From UHGV virus genome UHGV-0120097: DNA of 37,664 nucleotides. One strand, given 5' to 3'. Numbering within the stretch: position 1 is the first letter of the stretch; each line of letters begins with the position of its first letter. Made by a program: the position numbers and the translations under genes. The notes beneath the pieces are model-generated. The model was not told the origin of the DNA, made no database searches, and saw only the letters and a program-made list of their open reading frames with translations. Of this stretch, positions 10,139 to 20,728 are shown piece after piece. The DNA comes from a virus.

Positions 10139-13100
10139 TGGCAGGACTTGTAACTTATGGTAATAAATTATCTTTAGAGGGTAATGATGATGCAATTAAA
10201 ATAAATAAAGAATATTATGAGGCTAACAAAGAAAATATAGAAAAATTCAACGTTGTAGGTAATAAAGTATCTTATGATATACCACAATTAGAAATTATAG
10301 GAGATATATTATCTAGTTCTAAAAATATTGCAAAATCAACTTACTATAGTTGGTTAGGAGCTGCATATAAAAGTGCAACAGGAGAAACAAAACCTATAGA
10401 TTTTTTAAAAACGGCAGAGGAAAACCATATAAAATATAAAGATTTTGCAAATAACTTTAAAGATAGCTTTAGAAAAAAAATAGAATTAGAACCCAATATA
10501 ACTCAAAAGTGGGCTATGAGTGCAGGAGCAGAGAGTTTAAGAGTTACTACTGATGTAAGACAACTCCCTGTATTACTTGGGACCACTCTTTTAACTCCAT
10601 ATGTTGCAGGATATATAGGAGCTACTTCTGTAGCTGGTAGACTTGGAACAACGGCAGTTTTAAATGGTATAGAAAATATGGTACAAGAAAGTGCAGATAT
10701 TTATATATCAGAGGGGAGAACTCCAGAACTTGATGAGATTATTTATTCTGGAGTTGGTGGAGCTGGTGCAGGACTTTTATTTGCTGGTCTAGGAATGGGA
10801 ATAGGTAAGGTAGCTAATAAAATAGAAACTAAGTTTGATAATATAGCAAGAAAAAAGAAATCCCAAGAAATAATAATAAATCTATTTTCAGAAGCTGATA
10901 AAAAAATACAAGAAAGCTCTATATTAAATAATGGAGATATGACTATAAAAGATTTAGAAAATACAGTAGGAATAAAAGATAATCTAGGTATTATAAACGA
11001 ATATAAAGGTTCTCAAGGTAGTGAAAGATTTTTATTTAAGCATTTATATATAAATGATGTTAATAAATTTCAAGCTGACTTATATGCTAGGGCTATTGTC
11101 TTAAAAATGATAGATGACCCAGATATAGACTTTATCAAAAATGGAGCTGACTTCAACAAAATTTTAAATGAAAATCCAATTCTTATAAGAAATTTAGCAA
11201 AAGAATATATTGATAGTGGAAAACTTGGAGAGGGAGAAAAGAAAGCTTTTGAGTTCTTTTTAGACTTAACTAACCCAGACAAGATAACTGATGTAAGAGT
11301 TGATGTTCCAGGAATGATGGAAGAGGTTGATAAAAATCTTAATGGCAATGATAGTGGCTATGAACCTTTATTTGAAGATATGAAAGTACAACATCATATA
11401 GTTGATAGCGAAACTTTTGAAAGAAAAAAAAGAAAAATAAAGCATAATTATAAAGACTTTCCCAAAGGGACATTACAAGCAAACCTTGAAAAAGATGGAA
11501 TTATTCCACCAGGTGCAAATGTTAAATATGTAAGAGGAGCTATTGAGAAAACACCATATCAAGACTTGGTACATATTACAGAACATGGAACTCCAATTAC
11601 TAGAAAAAAATGGTTAAAGGGAGATGCCCATATCAACTTTGAATATGAAATAGATGGTAAGAAATATTATGGAGATTATAGACTTACAGAGCAATATGGA
11701 TATTTAGGAGATACATACGAGCTTGATATTAATGCAGCACCAGGAACACAAAAAAATATAACACCCCAAAGAAAAGTAACTAATATAGTAGATGATATGA
11801 ATGGAACTCCAGAACCTACAAAGCCTATTAGTGCTGAAGAAGTAAAAAAAATAGTTTATAAAGAACTAGGTCTTGATAGTATAGTTGACAAGACACAAAT
11901 AAGAGATGTACATGAAAAAATAATAAAAAAAGCAGGGGAGACAGTTAGAAAAAAATATAATATAAACACTCCAGAAGAAATGGCTGAATTTTATAAGAAA
12001 AAATATAAAATAGATTTTGAATATTTAGGAGAAACTGAAGAGCAATTTACAAGTGTTTATGGAGTTACTAGAAGTAGGATAAATTCAAGTAACCAAAGAG
12101 AAATAAAAATAAGTTTAAATCCATTAATGATGAAAGATGATTTAGATTTAAAACTAGGTACTTTAAGGCATGAAATAGAACACGCAATAGACAAATACCA
12201 AGCTCCAGGATTTAAGAGTATAAAATTTCAAAAAAAAGATATAGCAGATATGACATTTGGAGAAGCTATAGAAGATATGACAAAAGGACATTTTTCTAAA
12301 TATCCAGATGTAAATTTTGAGATTAGTTATATAATAAATGACAAAATAAATAACATGTTAAAAGATGGTAAAATAAATTCTGAAACTGTAGAATTACTTG
12401 ATTTACAATTACCTAAAAATACAGGAACTGAAGACATAGTAGCATTTTCAAATATGATTGATTCTGTAAAAGGAATAAAAGACCCAGGTAAAAAAATAGC
12501 AGAACTTAGAAAAAGTTTTAGTAAGTATGCTAAGTGGAAAAATGATATACCAGAAATATTTTGGAAAGCTAAAGACGTTGGACAAGCTTCATCACTTATG
12601 AGTGAATATCTTGAAACAAATTTATTTATTCCATACGAGAAAACTAAGCAACAAATGGAAGGTATGCTAACTAATGCTTTCAATATAACTTATAAAGGCG
12701 AGAAATTGAATCCAGATAAATTAATAAGTTTATTTGAAGAGAATGGAGAAAATCTAACTCATTATCTATTTAGATGGAATTATAAAAGTTTACCAGATAG
12801 CTTAAAAGAGCTTGAACCAGAGATACTAAAATTAAGAGAAGAGTTTTATAGCACTATGAAAGAATTGACAAATGGTTATGAGATAACAGTAGATGACATT
12901 GTCAATAATTTTATGTTTGACCATAACCTAAGTGCAGAAAAATATATAAGACAAGAAGATATATTGAAATATTTAGGAGATGATAAAAAGGTTGATTTAG
13001 ATAAATTTATAAGAGGAGATTTGAGTTATGATAATTTAGTAGAACTTAATATCCCAGAAAGATTGCTTACTATAAGAAATGCTTTTGCAGAAGATAATTT

Positions 13101-15039
13101 AGAGTTCTTTGAATCAGCACCAGAAACTTTAATTAATAATCTTAAAGGAAAGAATAAAGCTCCTAAAGAAAAAATTATAAAATTAATGGCTAAAGCTAAT
13201 GAGTGTATGAGTTCATCAGATAAGAAAGCACTTGTTAAAAAATATAAACTTGAGGGAATACCACAAATAAAAGAATTTATTGAAAAATCAGACTTTTACA
13301 AAGAGGTAGATACTAACCTTATAGCTCAAAATATACTAGAAAGTAGGAAAAATAATGCTAAATATTTTTATACTATGGATATGATGAGTAAGAAAGGAAG
13401 TTACAAAAATAAATTTCTTGGAGGACATCTTCATAGATTTGGTAGATTTGATGACTTTATTAATGGAGAAAAAATTATAAAAAGAAAAAATCTAACAAGA
13501 CTTGTAAATAAAAATAAGACTTCTGATAGAACAGCTATTAGAAGATTTATAAGAGAAATTTCAGTAGCTAAAGCCATTAAAGATAATTTACCAGGGCATG
13601 GAATGAATGGTATAGAAAGAATCTTGAATGAAACCCAAAGGAAAACTGCAAATGATAGCTACAAAACTTTAATTAGAGCTATTGAACAAAAAATAGATGA
13701 TAGAATAGGAATGGATTTGGGAAGAATTACCAAACCACCAAAAGCAGCAGGAGAAAAAGCTTTTACTAATTTTTTAAGTTTTAGTAATAAAATTAGTCTA
13801 ACAGGGCTTAAATTTACAAAGGATTTCATATTCGAAGCACCAACAATGGCAAGGGCTAGCACTATGTTATATAATTCAGCAGGTATTACTGAAACTTATA
13901 AAAATTTTTTAAAGGCTGCACAAGTGCTATATCTAAGTAAAGAAATGTTTGATAAATATGATAAAGCTTTAGGAAGTAGATTTGAATATTCAGTACCTTT
14001 AAAATTTTTCAATTCTATTATGGATAAGGCAGATGATGTAACAGGAGAGATAGCAGAAAGGATAAATAAGTATGGTAGCAAATGGGAAAAGATAATTAGT
14101 GGAATAGACACAGGACTTAATAAATTAAATTTTTATGGTCATAGTCAAAAGGTTATGAAACTTGCAGCTTTTTTTGAGGGTGCAGAGATTTTAAGAAATA
14201 TGAGTAAATTTCAAGACTTAGATGATTTATTTAAAAATAATACTGCCTATATGGAAAATTTATTTAAAAATGTAGGTATAGATGATTTAGACTTTTATTT
14301 CATAAAAAAATTAAAAGATATTCCAGAATTTAATGAGTTGGGTGTATTTAATGAAGTTGACTTATTTGATTTTATAAATAAATCAGAAGTAGAAAAGCAA
14401 TTAGGAAGAGTTCTATACAATGAAGAATTTGACTTAATAAGAAAAAATATTACTGAAAAAATAACTAAGTTACATGACAAAATAGTTACTGATATTTCCC
14501 CTACTGAAACTAATGCTTCTATGAGAGCTGTCATTGAAAATATTGAAAATCCTATCCACAGAAATTTTATGAGGTTGATGGGTAACTTCAAAACTTCTAT
14601 ACAAGAACAGTGGAGAAGATTGGGAAGAGATTTATACGCCTCTAATATAGTAGATGGGCATTTTGATTGGGGTAATAAGATATGGCAAAAAAGATTATTC
14701 AAACATATCTTAGGAGTAACAGGACTATATGGAGGACTAGCACTTGTAACTGACTTAGATTTTTACACTGACCCAATAGCAACTATCAATGAAAAAATAG
14801 ATGATTTAATAGATAGTCCAGGTAGTGCATTTTGGGAAGTGCTAGATTCTCAAATAAACTCTTGGGCTTTAGTTAATGGTTCAGCAGTAGCAAGAAGGCC
14901 TATACAGATAGCTCATAATTTGTCTAAAGGAGATTTTGAAAAAGCTAGAGCAAATATTTTAAAACTAGGACTAGGTACATCAAATGTTAATATGGCTAAA
15001 ACAGGATATAGTTTAGCAGAAAAAATAGTAGGAGAATAA
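10138..15039 (+). CDS. giant internal virion/ejection protein (1633 aa) with embedded HExxH zincin motif
   Basis: Uninterrupted 4.9-kb ORF. It has a Gly-rich hydrophobic segment (SGVGGAGAGLLFAGLGMGIGKV) and LGTLRHEIEHAID (HExxH) around nt 12150-12190. Confidence 0.55.
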   Translation: MAGLVTYGNKLSLEGNDDAIKINKEYYEANKENIEKFNVVGNKVSYDIPQLEIIGDILSSSKNIAKSTYYSWLGAAYKSATGETKPIDFLKTAEENHIKYKDFANNFKDSFRKKIELEPNITQKWAMSAGAESLRVTTDVRQLPVLLGTTLLTPYVAGYIGATSVAGRLGTTAVLNGIENMVQESADIYISEGRTPELDEIIYSGVGGAGAGLLFAGLGMGIGKVANKIETKFDNIARKKKSQEIIINLFSEADKKIQESSILNNGDMTIKDLENTVGIKDNLGIINEYKGSQGSERFLFKHLYINDVNKFQADLYARAIVLKMIDDPDIDFIKNGADFNKILNENPILIRNLAKEYIDSGKLGEGEKKAFEFFLDLTNPDKITDVRVDVPGMMEEVDKNLNGNDSGYEPLFEDMKVQHHIVDSETFERKKRKIKHNYKDFPKGTLQANLEKDGIIPPGANVKYVRGAIEKTPYQDLVHITEHGTPITRKKWLKGDAHINFEYEIDGKKYYGDYRLTEQYGYLGDTYELDINAAPGTQKNITPQRKVTNIVDDMNGTPEPTKPISAEEVKKIVYKELGLDSIVDKTQIRDVHEKIIKKAGETVRKKYNINTPEEMAEFYKKKYKIDFEYLGETEEQFTSVYGVTRSRINSSNQREIKISLNPLMMKDDLDLKLGTLRHEIEHAIDKYQAPGFKSIKFQKKDIADMTFGEAIEDMTKGHFSKYPDVNFEISYIINDKINNMLKDGKINSETVELLDLQLPKNTGTEDIVAFSNMIDSVKGIKDPGKKIAELRKSFSKYAKWKNDIPEIFWKAKDVGQASSLMSEYLETNLFIPYEKTKQQMEGMLTNAFNITYKGEKLNPDKLISLFEENGENLTHYLFRWNYKSLPDSLKELEPEILKLREEFYSTMKELTNGYEITVDDIVNNFMFDHNLSAEKYIRQEDILKYLGDDKKVDLDKFIRGDLSYDNLVELNIPERLLTIRNAFAEDNLEFFESAPETLINNLKGKNKAPKEKIIKLMAKANECMSSSDKKALVKKYKLEGIPQIKEFIEKSDFYKEVDTNLIAQNILESRKNNAKYFYTMDMMSKKGSYKNKFLGGHLHRFGRFDDFINGEKIIKRKNLTRLVNKNKTSDRTAIRRFIREISVAKAIKDNLPGHGMNGIERILNETQRKTANDSYKTLIRAIEQKIDDRIGMDLGRITKPPKAAGEKAFTNFLSFSNKISLTGLKFTKDFIFEAPTMARASTMLYNSAGITETYKNFLKAAQVLYLSKEMFDKYDKALGSRFEYSVPLKFFNSIMDKADDVTGEIAERINKYGSKWEKIISGIDTGLNKLNFYGHSQKVMKLAAFFEGAEILRNMSKFQDLDDLFKNNTAYMENLFKNVGIDDLDFYFIKKLKDIPEFNELGVFNEVDLFDFINKSEVEKQLGRVLYNEEFDLIRKNITEKITKLHDKIVTDISPTETNASMRAVIENIENPIHRNFMRLMGNFKTSIQEQWRRLGRDLYASNIVDGHFDWGNKIWQKRLFKHILGVTGLYGGLALVTDLDFYTDPIATINEKIDDLIDSPGSAFWEVLDSQINSWALVNGSAVARRPIQIAHNLSKGDFEKARANILKLGLGTSNVNMAKTGYSLAEKIVGE

Positions 15040-15043
15040 AAAA

Positions 15044-15072
15044 GGAGGAGTGCTGCAACACTCCCCTTTTTT
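15044..15072 (+). terminator. rho-independent terminator after the structural operon
   Basis: GGAGGAGTG-CTGCAA-CACTCCCC hairpin followed by TTTTTT. Confidence 0.7.
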
Positions 15073-15200
15073 GACTAATTATAATGCAACTCTGTTTACT
15101 AAGAAAAACAGAATAACCAGTATTATTAGTCTTAGAACGAAATTCTTTATGATTTCCACCCCCTTTCTTAGTGGGCTAGAAACATTATAACAAAAACTTC

Positions 15201-15229
15201 TTGAAATTTCTAGTTGTTTTTGCTATAAT
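15201..15229 (+). promoter_or_regulatory. sigma70-like promoter TTGAAA-17-TATAAT (candidate late promoter)
   Basis: TTGAAA at 15201-15206, an exact 17-nt spacer, then TATAAT at 15224-15229. Confidence 0.55.
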
Positions 15230-15269
15230 TTAATTACTAAGAAGAACGGAATTTTTTATGTGCTTCACC

Positions 15270-15432
15270 GCTGGTATAGCTGCAACTATACCAGCCTTTT
15301 TCTTTTTATGGACTTTTTTAGTATTTAATGATATAATAATTTTAAGAAAATCAGGCAACCTTTTAGAGTTGCCTTTTTCCATTTACAGAAAAATCAAAGG
15401 ACAACCTAAAAGGGTTGTCCTTTTTTTATTTT
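15270..15432 (+). terminator. three tandem intrinsic-terminator-like hairpins downstream of the promoter
   Basis: Hairpin 1: 15270-15295 (10-bp stem) + CTTTTTCTTTTT. Hairpin 2: 15354-15372 + TTTTTCC. Hairpin 3: 15399-15420 (8-bp stem) + TTTTTTTATTTT. Confidence 0.55.
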
Positions 15433-15486
15433 CCAACTTTTAAAAGATGGAATTTCAAACCATCAAACAGGTAAGGAGGTGGAGTT

Positions 15487-16998
15487 TTGAATTTTTTAGG
15501 AAGAGCAGCAAAAAGAAGAGTAACTATTAGTTATAAAAAAGTTATTAAATATCTACACAAAGGACAGAAAGAACTTCTGGACAATGTCTTGGAAAATAAG
15601 AAAAAGTATTTTGCACTAATGGCTCATAGAAGATATGGAAAGGACTTTATTTCACTACTTATTATGATACTAGCAGCTATTCAACACCCAGGAAACTACT
15701 ATATCTATGCACCATACTTTAGACAGGTAAAAGAAATAGTTGTAGATGGAAAAACGTTAAACGGTTTACCTTTACTTGAAAATCTTATACCAGATGAAAT
15801 ACTAGCAAATCCAAGAGGACCTAAAGTTAATAAATCAGATTGGAGCGTAACTTTATTTAATGGAGCTAAAATCTTCTTTCGTGGAGGAGATAACCCAGAC
15901 GCAAGTGTAGGGGTAGGAGCTAGAGGAGTCATTTACACAGAGGCAGCACTTATAAAAGAAAAGTTCTATCAATATATGAAACCTGCAGTTGATATGGTTA
16001 TTAACAATACCGACTTCGGTTTTGTAATATTTATCTCTACACCAAGGGGTAAATATAATTGGTTTACTAAACTATTTATAGATTACTTCACTATCCTAAG
16101 TAAACCAGAAAATAAAGAAATTAAAGATATGTGGTATGTAGATATTCAATCTGGAAAAGATTCCTTGAACTATAAAGGGGAGAGGGTAATAAATGATAAA
16201 GAACTTAGAAAACAAGCTCTTACTATGGACCCAGATTCATACGCTCAAGAGTGGGAATGTAAAATCAATACTCATCTAGTTGGTGCTTGGTATGGAGAAC
16301 AACTAAAAAAAGCTTATGAAGATGAAAGGATAAAGTTTTATGGTAGGTATGAAGAGTTATTAGATAGTGTAAGTAGAAGATATACTCAAATATACACAGG
16401 GCATTTCTGGACACAACAACCTTTATATGTTGCTTGGGATATAGGAAAAAGGGACCATGCAGTATTGTGGTTTTTTCAAAAAAACCCTCACAATAATAGA
16501 ATTAGATTCATAAAACATTATAGAGTTACTGGGCAAGGACCAGACCACTGCTGCCAATATATAAAGAAATGGTGCAAAGATAATGGGTACTATATGCAGC
16601 CTACTATGGTACTACCACATGATGGAGATGTCGAGGAATGGAGTGCAACTTCAAAAAGAAGTGACTACATAAGATTAAATTATTTTAGTGATGTAAGAAC
16701 TCTATCTAAGACAGAGCTAGCTAAAAATGATATGACTACATTAATAAATCAAATCAACTATATAAGAAAGGAGTTTGAAAATGTAGAGATAGATAATAAT
16801 GAGTGTAACATAGGAGTTATACAATTAGGAGGCTATGTCAAAAAATATAACAAGTCCATGAACTGTTACTTAGATATACCAGACCACGACGCAAATGATA
16901 AAGCTTCTGATGACGCAGATTCATTTAGAACTGCTATGATATTTGCTAGCATATATCTAAAAGATAGTTTTGATGGACCACTAACAACTTATTATTAA
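15487..16998 (+). CDS. terL: terminase large subunit
   Basis: ATPase P-loop-like [12 protein letters not shown]; C-terminal RNaseH-like nuclease motifs [21 protein letters not shown] and DDADSF. TTG start after aaggaggtggag. Confidence 0.8.
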   Translation: MNFLGRAAKRRVTISYKKVIKYLHKGQKELLDNVLENKKKYFALMAHRRYGKDFISLLIMILAAIQHPGNYYIYAPYFRQVKEIVVDGKTLNGLPLLENLIPDEILANPRGPKVNKSDWSVTLFNGAKIFFRGGDNPDASVGVGARGVIYTEAALIKEKFYQYMKPAVDMVINNTDFGFVIFISTPRGKYNWFTKLFIDYFTILSKPENKEIKDMWYVDIQSGKDSLNYKGERVINDKELRKQALTMDPDSYAQEWECKINTHLVGAWYGEQLKKAYEDERIKFYGRYEELLDSVSRRYTQIYTGHFWTQQPLYVAWDIGKRDHAVLWFFQKNPHNNRIRFIKHYRVTGQGPDHCCQYIKKWCKDNGYYMQPTMVLPHDGDVEEWSATSKRSDYIRLNYFSDVRTLSKTELAKNDMTTLINQINYIRKEFENVEIDNNECNIGVIQLGGYVKKYNKSMNCYLDIPDHDANDKASDDADSFRTAMIFASIYLKDSFDGPLTTYY

Positions 16999-17018
16999 GA
17001 AAAGAGGTGTTTAAGCAA

Positions 17019-18386
17019 ATGTTAAATTTTAAAAAAGAGTATTTTAAGTTAGAAGAGAATAGACAACAGTATGCTACTAGCTTTTCAGACTTAATGACAA
17101 GTTGTGAAGTTTACGGAAAAAAACAAAATCCTATAACTAGCACAGCTTTTATATTCCTTATACCTAAAGATTATTACACATACAATGCTGGAAACATTGA
17201 TTTTACTAACTACCCAGATGGTATATGGAATGATTACACAGATATTAAGATAGTTAAGTCTGAACCTTATTTTGATTTAGATTTTACTTTTAGTAGTACA
17301 GGAGATATTACACCAGAAAATCTAAATAATATGTTTACTAAAATAAAAGCTGCAATACTTGGAACAGAAAAAGAAATTATAAAATCTCAATTATTTGTAG
17401 ATAGTGGAATACCCAAACAATTAGGTTTACCAGATTTACCAAAAGGTTCTATCTGGTATATGTCAGATGATGGGATAGCTACTTATCCTGTAACTACACT
17501 ATTTGAGAAATATCAAGAGTTGCTCAATAAGATTTATGAAGATACAAAAAAAATATTACTTGAAGATTTGGATAATAGAGTAAAAGAGCTAGTTATTCAA
17601 TTAGAAAAAGATTTAAAAGAAATTATTGATAATTATCTTAAAACAGATAGTTATTTAAAATTAGATAAATATACACAAGAAAAAATAGAAGAAGCAGAAA
17701 AAGAAATCCAAGATTATATAGACTATCATATGCAAGATTTAAAAGGAGAAAGAGGATACTCAATAGCAAGTGTTGGTTTTAATAAAGAATTACCAGAAGG
17801 AAACATCTATACAGTCTACCGTGAAGACGGAGAAATTATAGGAGAATTATTAGCACGAAGAGGTCCTCAAGGTATTCAAGGCAATGATGGACCAGAAGGA
17901 CCGAAAGGAGAGAGAGGAGAAAGAGGATTCAAAGGAGATAAAGGAGACCAAGGAGAAAGAGGGGAAAATGGACCTCAAGGTATTCAAGGAGAGCAAGGAA
18001 TACAAGGAGAAGTTGGACCTCAAGGTCCTCAAGGAATAACAGGTCCTCAAGGTATTCAAGGAATACAAGGGGAACAAGGCATTCAAGGAGAAAGAGGACT
18101 TCAAGGACTAAAAGGCGAACAAGGCATTCAAGGAATACAAGGAGAACAAGGACCTAAGGGAGAGCAGGGAGATATCGGACCTCAAGGTCCTCAAGGAATA
18201 CAAGGTCCTAAAGGAGATAAGGGAGATAAAGGAGATAATGGAACTGCTGTAATCACTCCTATAAATAGTCAGTACATATTCCAAATAGAAGATGGAAACT
18301 TAGTTGTATATTATAACGAGAATGATACTCAACCAAATTTTTCAATAGATGAAGATGGAAATTTAGTATTAGAAATTTTAGAATAA
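17019..18386 (+). CDS. collagen-like repeat tail fibre protein
   Basis: About 50 uninterrupted Gly-X-Y triplets ([13 protein letters not shown]...) between an N-terminal domain and a C-terminal beta-rich domain. ATG at 17019 after aaagaggtg. Confidence 0.65.
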   Translation: MLNFKKEYFKLEENRQQYATSFSDLMTSCEVYGKKQNPITSTAFIFLIPKDYYTYNAGNIDFTNYPDGIWNDYTDIKIVKSEPYFDLDFTFSSTGDITPENLNNMFTKIKAAILGTEKEIIKSQLFVDSGIPKQLGLPDLPKGSIWYMSDDGIATYPVTTLFEKYQELLNKIYEDTKKILLEDLDNRVKELVIQLEKDLKEIIDNYLKTDSYLKLDKYTQEKIEEAEKEIQDYIDYHMQDLKGERGYSIASVGFNKELPEGNIYTVYREDGEIIGELLARRGPQGIQGNDGPEGPKGERGERGFKGDKGDQGERGENGPQGIQGEQGIQGEVGPQGPQGITGPQGIQGIQGEQGIQGERGLQGLKGEQGIQGIQGEQGPKGEQGDIGPQGPQGIQGPKGDKGDKGDNGTAVITPINSQYIFQIEDGNLVVYYNENDTQPNFSIDEDGNLVLEILE

Positions 18387-18399
18387 GGAGGTTTTAATT

Positions 18400-19512
18400 A
18401 TGCCGAAATTAATTATAGGTAATGTTGTAGGTCCTCAAGGTCCTAAAGGAGAACAAGGAGATATCGGACCTCAAGGTCCTAAAGGAGAACAAGGAATACA
18501 AGGGGAACAAGGTATTCAAGGTTTACCTGGTGCAAAAGGAGAACAAGGAATACAAGGTCCTCAAGGTCCTAAGGGAGATACTGGAGAGCAAGGTATTCAA
18601 GGTCCTAAAGGAGATAAGGGAGATACTGGACCACAAGGTCCTCGAGGTCCTCAAGGTATTCAAGGACCTAAGGGAGATAAAGGGGAACAAGGTATAACTG
18701 GAAATACTGGTCCTAAAGGTCCTAAAGGAGATACTGGAGAGCAGGGTATTCAAGGTCCTAAAGGAGCTGATGGAGTAGGAGTAAAAAGTATAACATTTAA
18801 GAATACTAATGAAGATGGCGGAAATGTTTATACTGTGACTTTAACTAATGGTAGCACATATGATTTTACTGCCCCTAGAGGTCAACAAGGGATACCAGGA
18901 CAAAGCGGTCAACCTGGGACTACCGATTATGAAAAATTAATAAACAAACCAGATGTATATACTAAAACTGAAACTAATAATTTATTAGATGGTAAATTAG
19001 GTAAAGAAGATAAAGCAAAGAGTGCTACAACTGCTGATAGTGCTGGTGCTTGTACAGGGAACTCTGCTACTGCTACAAAATTACAAACTGCTAGAACTAT
19101 CAACGGAGTTAGTTATGATGGTAGTGCCAATATTACAATAGCTGATAATACAAAACTTCCAAAATCCGGTGGTACTATTAATGGAAACTTAACAGTAACA
19201 GGAGCTATTGTTTCAAACGGAGAAGTTACGGCTTATTCAGATAGAAGATTAAAAACTGATATAACAAAGATAACTAATGCTCTTAAAAAAGTAAATCAAA
19301 TCAATGGGTACACATTCACTATGTTAGGTACAGGACAAAGACAAGCTGGAGTTATAGCTCAAGAGATTGAAAAAGTATTGCCAGAAGTTGTGGTCAAAAA
19401 TGAGGACAATGGTTATTTAACTGTTATGTATGGACATATAGTAGCTTTACTTATTGAAGCTGTAAAAGAAATGAGTAAGGAAATAGAAGATTTAAAAGGG
19501 GGTAGGGTATAA
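18400..19512 (+). CDS. collagen-like tail fibre with C-terminal intramolecular chaperone (peptidase S74) domain
   Basis: GXY repeats; a tail-fibre repeat [25 protein letters not shown]; a C-terminal [11 protein letters not shown]...[20 protein letters not shown]...[20 protein letters not shown] typical of the self-cleaving S74 chaperone. Confidence 0.8.
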   Translation: MPKLIIGNVVGPQGPKGEQGDIGPQGPKGEQGIQGEQGIQGLPGAKGEQGIQGPQGPKGDTGEQGIQGPKGDKGDTGPQGPRGPQGIQGPKGDKGEQGITGNTGPKGPKGDTGEQGIQGPKGADGVGVKSITFKNTNEDGGNVYTVTLTNGSTYDFTAPRGQQGIPGQSGQPGTTDYEKLINKPDVYTKTETNNLLDGKLGKEDKAKSATTADSAGACTGNSATATKLQTARTINGVSYDGSANITIADNTKLPKSGGTINGNLTVTGAIVSNGEVTAYSDRRLKTDITKITNALKKVNQINGYTFTMLGTGQRQAGVIAQEIEKVLPEVVVKNEDNGYLTVMYGHIVALLIEAVKEMSKEIEDLKGGRV

Positions 19513-19916
19513 TGGCTATCACTATGAAAAATTTAAATGATAGAACATCAGCATTAGAGGGTAAAGCTTCAACTACTCCAATAACTATGAAAGGATTAGC
19601 TGATAGATTAGCAAATTTAGAAGCTACTGCTAAGAAATGGGAAGAGGCAACTCTTACTATCGGAACTGGTACAAATGTATATAACACTGTTAGTTTGCCA
19701 CTTCCACAAAATATAAAAAATATAGTTTCTGGAGCTAAAAGTTTAGCGACGGCCTCAGGAACAGTTCGTTGGTACACTAATGTTCGAGATGACACTGTAT
19801 CAGCTAATAGTGGCAGTATCAGAATAGATAATAATTATTTATACTATCAATTACGTCAAGGCTCTCGTAGCATAGCGAGTGGGGACATCACAATTAAATT
19901 GGTAGTATATAAATAA
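19512..19916 (+). CDS. small fibre-associated protein, paralog A (134 aa)
   Basis: Shares the N-terminal module (ALEGKA.TTPITMKGLADRLA..EATAK.W) with the 20729 gene, and the C-terminus diverges. Strong SD. Confidence 0.5.
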   Translation: MAITMKNLNDRTSALEGKASTTPITMKGLADRLANLEATAKKWEEATLTIGTGTNVYNTVSLPLPQNIKNIVSGAKSLATASGTVRWYTNVRDDTVSANSGSIRIDNNYLYYQLRQGSRSIASGDITIKLVVYK

Positions 19917-19931
19917 AATAAGGAGGTATAA

Positions 19932-20678
19932 ATGACAGTTTTTTATTATGATAAAGAAAAAGCAGAACAAGGAATACTATTTTGTTTAGGACAAGAAGAT
20001 AAAGTTCTTACTCAAGAAGAAATACAAGAACAAGGAAAATCAGAACTATATGAAAATGTAGTTACTTATACAGGAAATACAGTTCTAATAGGACACCCTA
20101 TTGTTGAGGGAGATACAGTTAGAAAAGCTACTGAAAAAGAACTTATAGATTTAGGCATAAAAGGACTAGAAGAGGGAGAAATACTTGAGGGGGATAATAT
20201 CAAGACAGTTGATAGACCTCAACCTTACCCAGAGGCTTACGAATGGCAAAATACTGCTTGGGTATTAAATCAAGATCTTTTACCAGATGGAGTATACCAT
20301 GATGGAAATAAATTTGTAGAGGTGCCTATACCAGATAACTATATAAAATATCACTGGGAAAGACCTAATTGGATAGATGATACTCAAGATATTGATAGAG
20401 TTGAAAAACAATATGCGGAATATTTAATCTTAAATAATCCATTAGATTGGTCAAAAATGGAAGAACAAGGAGTACTTGAAGATTACAAAACTTTTATGAA
20501 AGAAAATGAAGCTTATTTAGAAAGAGATTCTAAAGAGATAATTACACTAAGTAATATACCACAACCTAGTGAAAAGTTAACTTCTTTTTTCAGCAAAATA
20601 AAAAATCATAATTCTATTTCAATGGATAGAATGATAACAAAAAGTGTTATCTTAAACGGGGGGGGGAACAAAAACTAA
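19932..20678 (+). CDS. hypothetical protein (248 aa) ending in a G9 homopolymer
   Basis: SD aaggaggtataaATG. The last codons run through GGGGGGGGG at 20658-20666. Confidence 0.5.
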   Translation: MTVFYYDKEKAEQGILFCLGQEDKVLTQEEIQEQGKSELYENVVTYTGNTVLIGHPIVEGDTVRKATEKELIDLGIKGLEEGEILEGDNIKTVDRPQPYPEAYEWQNTAWVLNQDLLPDGVYHDGNKFVEVPIPDNYIKYHWERPNWIDDTQDIDRVEKQYAEYLILNNPLDWSKMEEQGVLEDYKTFMKENEAYLERDSKEIITLSNIPQPSEKLTSFFSKIKNHNSISMDRMITKSVILNGGGNKN

Positions 20679-20728
20679 TATTTAATCCTCTAAATAAAAA
20701 AATACAAAATAGAGCTAGTGTCATCACA

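Noticed and set aside
12327-14702. Antisense ORFs (12327-12683, 13659-13862, 13896-14111, 14295-14702 on the minus strand) inside the 1633-aa gene
   Set aside because: These are shadow ORFs of a long AT-rich sense gene. They have no SD and are hydrophobic and low-complexity.
15258-15443. 61-aa ORF between the giant gene and terL
   Set aside because: It is made entirely of the three terminator hairpins and their U-tracts.
17850-18753. Minus-strand ORFs within the collagen-repeat genes
   Set aside because: They are reverse-complement reading of GXY repeat DNA, which yields Leu/Ser/Arg-rich artefacts.
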